From assembly GCF_009914755.1 (NCBI RefSeq), contig NC_060942.1: a DNA stretch of 64,000 bases, one strand, 5' to 3'. Shown here one piece after another: positions 63,654-64,000 of this stretch; position 1 is the first letter of the stretch, and every line of letters starts with the position of its first letter. The translations under genes and the position numbers were made by a program. Below the pieces are notes generated by a model. It did no database searches and was not told the origin of the DNA. It was given only the letters and a program-made list of their open reading frames with translations. This DNA is from the human T2T-CHM13v2.0 reference genome, Homo sapiens.

Positions 63654-63992
63654 TTTTGTTTTGTTTTGTTTTTAGTTTTGTTTTTAACTTAAGAGACAGG
63701 GCCTCCCTGTGTTGCCCAGGCTGGAGTGCAGTGGTGCAATCATAGTTTACTGCAGCCTCAAACTTCTGGACTCAAGCTATCCTCCCATCTCAGCCTCCTG
63801 AGTTGCTGAGGCTACAGGCAGACACCACCACATCCAGCTAATTTTTAAATTTTTTTTTTGAGATGGGGGTCTCAATATGTTGCCCAGGCTGGTCTCAAAC
63901 TCCTGGTCTCAAGCAATCCTCCTAGTCTCAAGCAATCCTACTTCAGCCTCCCAAAGTGATGGGATTACAGGCGAGAGCCACCATGCCCAGCC
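63654..63992 (-). mobile_element. Alu (AluJ-like) with internal 19-bp-period duplication
   Basis: Reverse dimer; gtctcaagcaatcct at 63906 and 63925. Confidence 0.92.
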
Positions 63993-64000
63993 AAGATGTC

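Noticed and set aside
63648-64000. Alu flanks look inverted (gacatctt ... aagatgtc) rather than direct
   Set aside because: Explained by an ordinary TSD containing GACGTC whose CpG decayed on opposite strands (gacatc versus gatgtc); the window also ends here.

Overview
Human (or very close great-ape) genomic DNA lying entirely inside ANKRD12 (ankyrin repeat domain 12, paralogue of ANKRD11) on the + strand. It contains six internal coding exons that splice into one open frame: 6010-6078, 10191-10337, 13132-13332, 18299-18441, 23393-23540 and a giant 4721-nt exon at 55426-60146 (conventionally exons 4-9). The start and stop codons lie outside the window. The introns are repeat-rich: about 24 Alus or Alu fragments, a near full-length Tigger2 DNA transposon with both TIRs, a near full-length antisense L1MA with three nested Alus, a 5'-inverted L1 fragment, and MIR/L2/MER pieces. 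The most notable observations are: two Y3 RNA retropseudogenes in inverted orientation only 363 nt apart; an exon-phase layout in which every back-spliced circle from exon 8 to exons 4-7 is a stop-free reading frame; an acidic YEF (YxF) cohesin-type motif missed by the ORF track; a self-inverted nested Alu next to the exon 8 donor; and several candidate poison or terminal exons. No prokaryotic-type system (CRISPR etc.) is present. Repeat subfamilies and exon numbering come from recall, not from a search.
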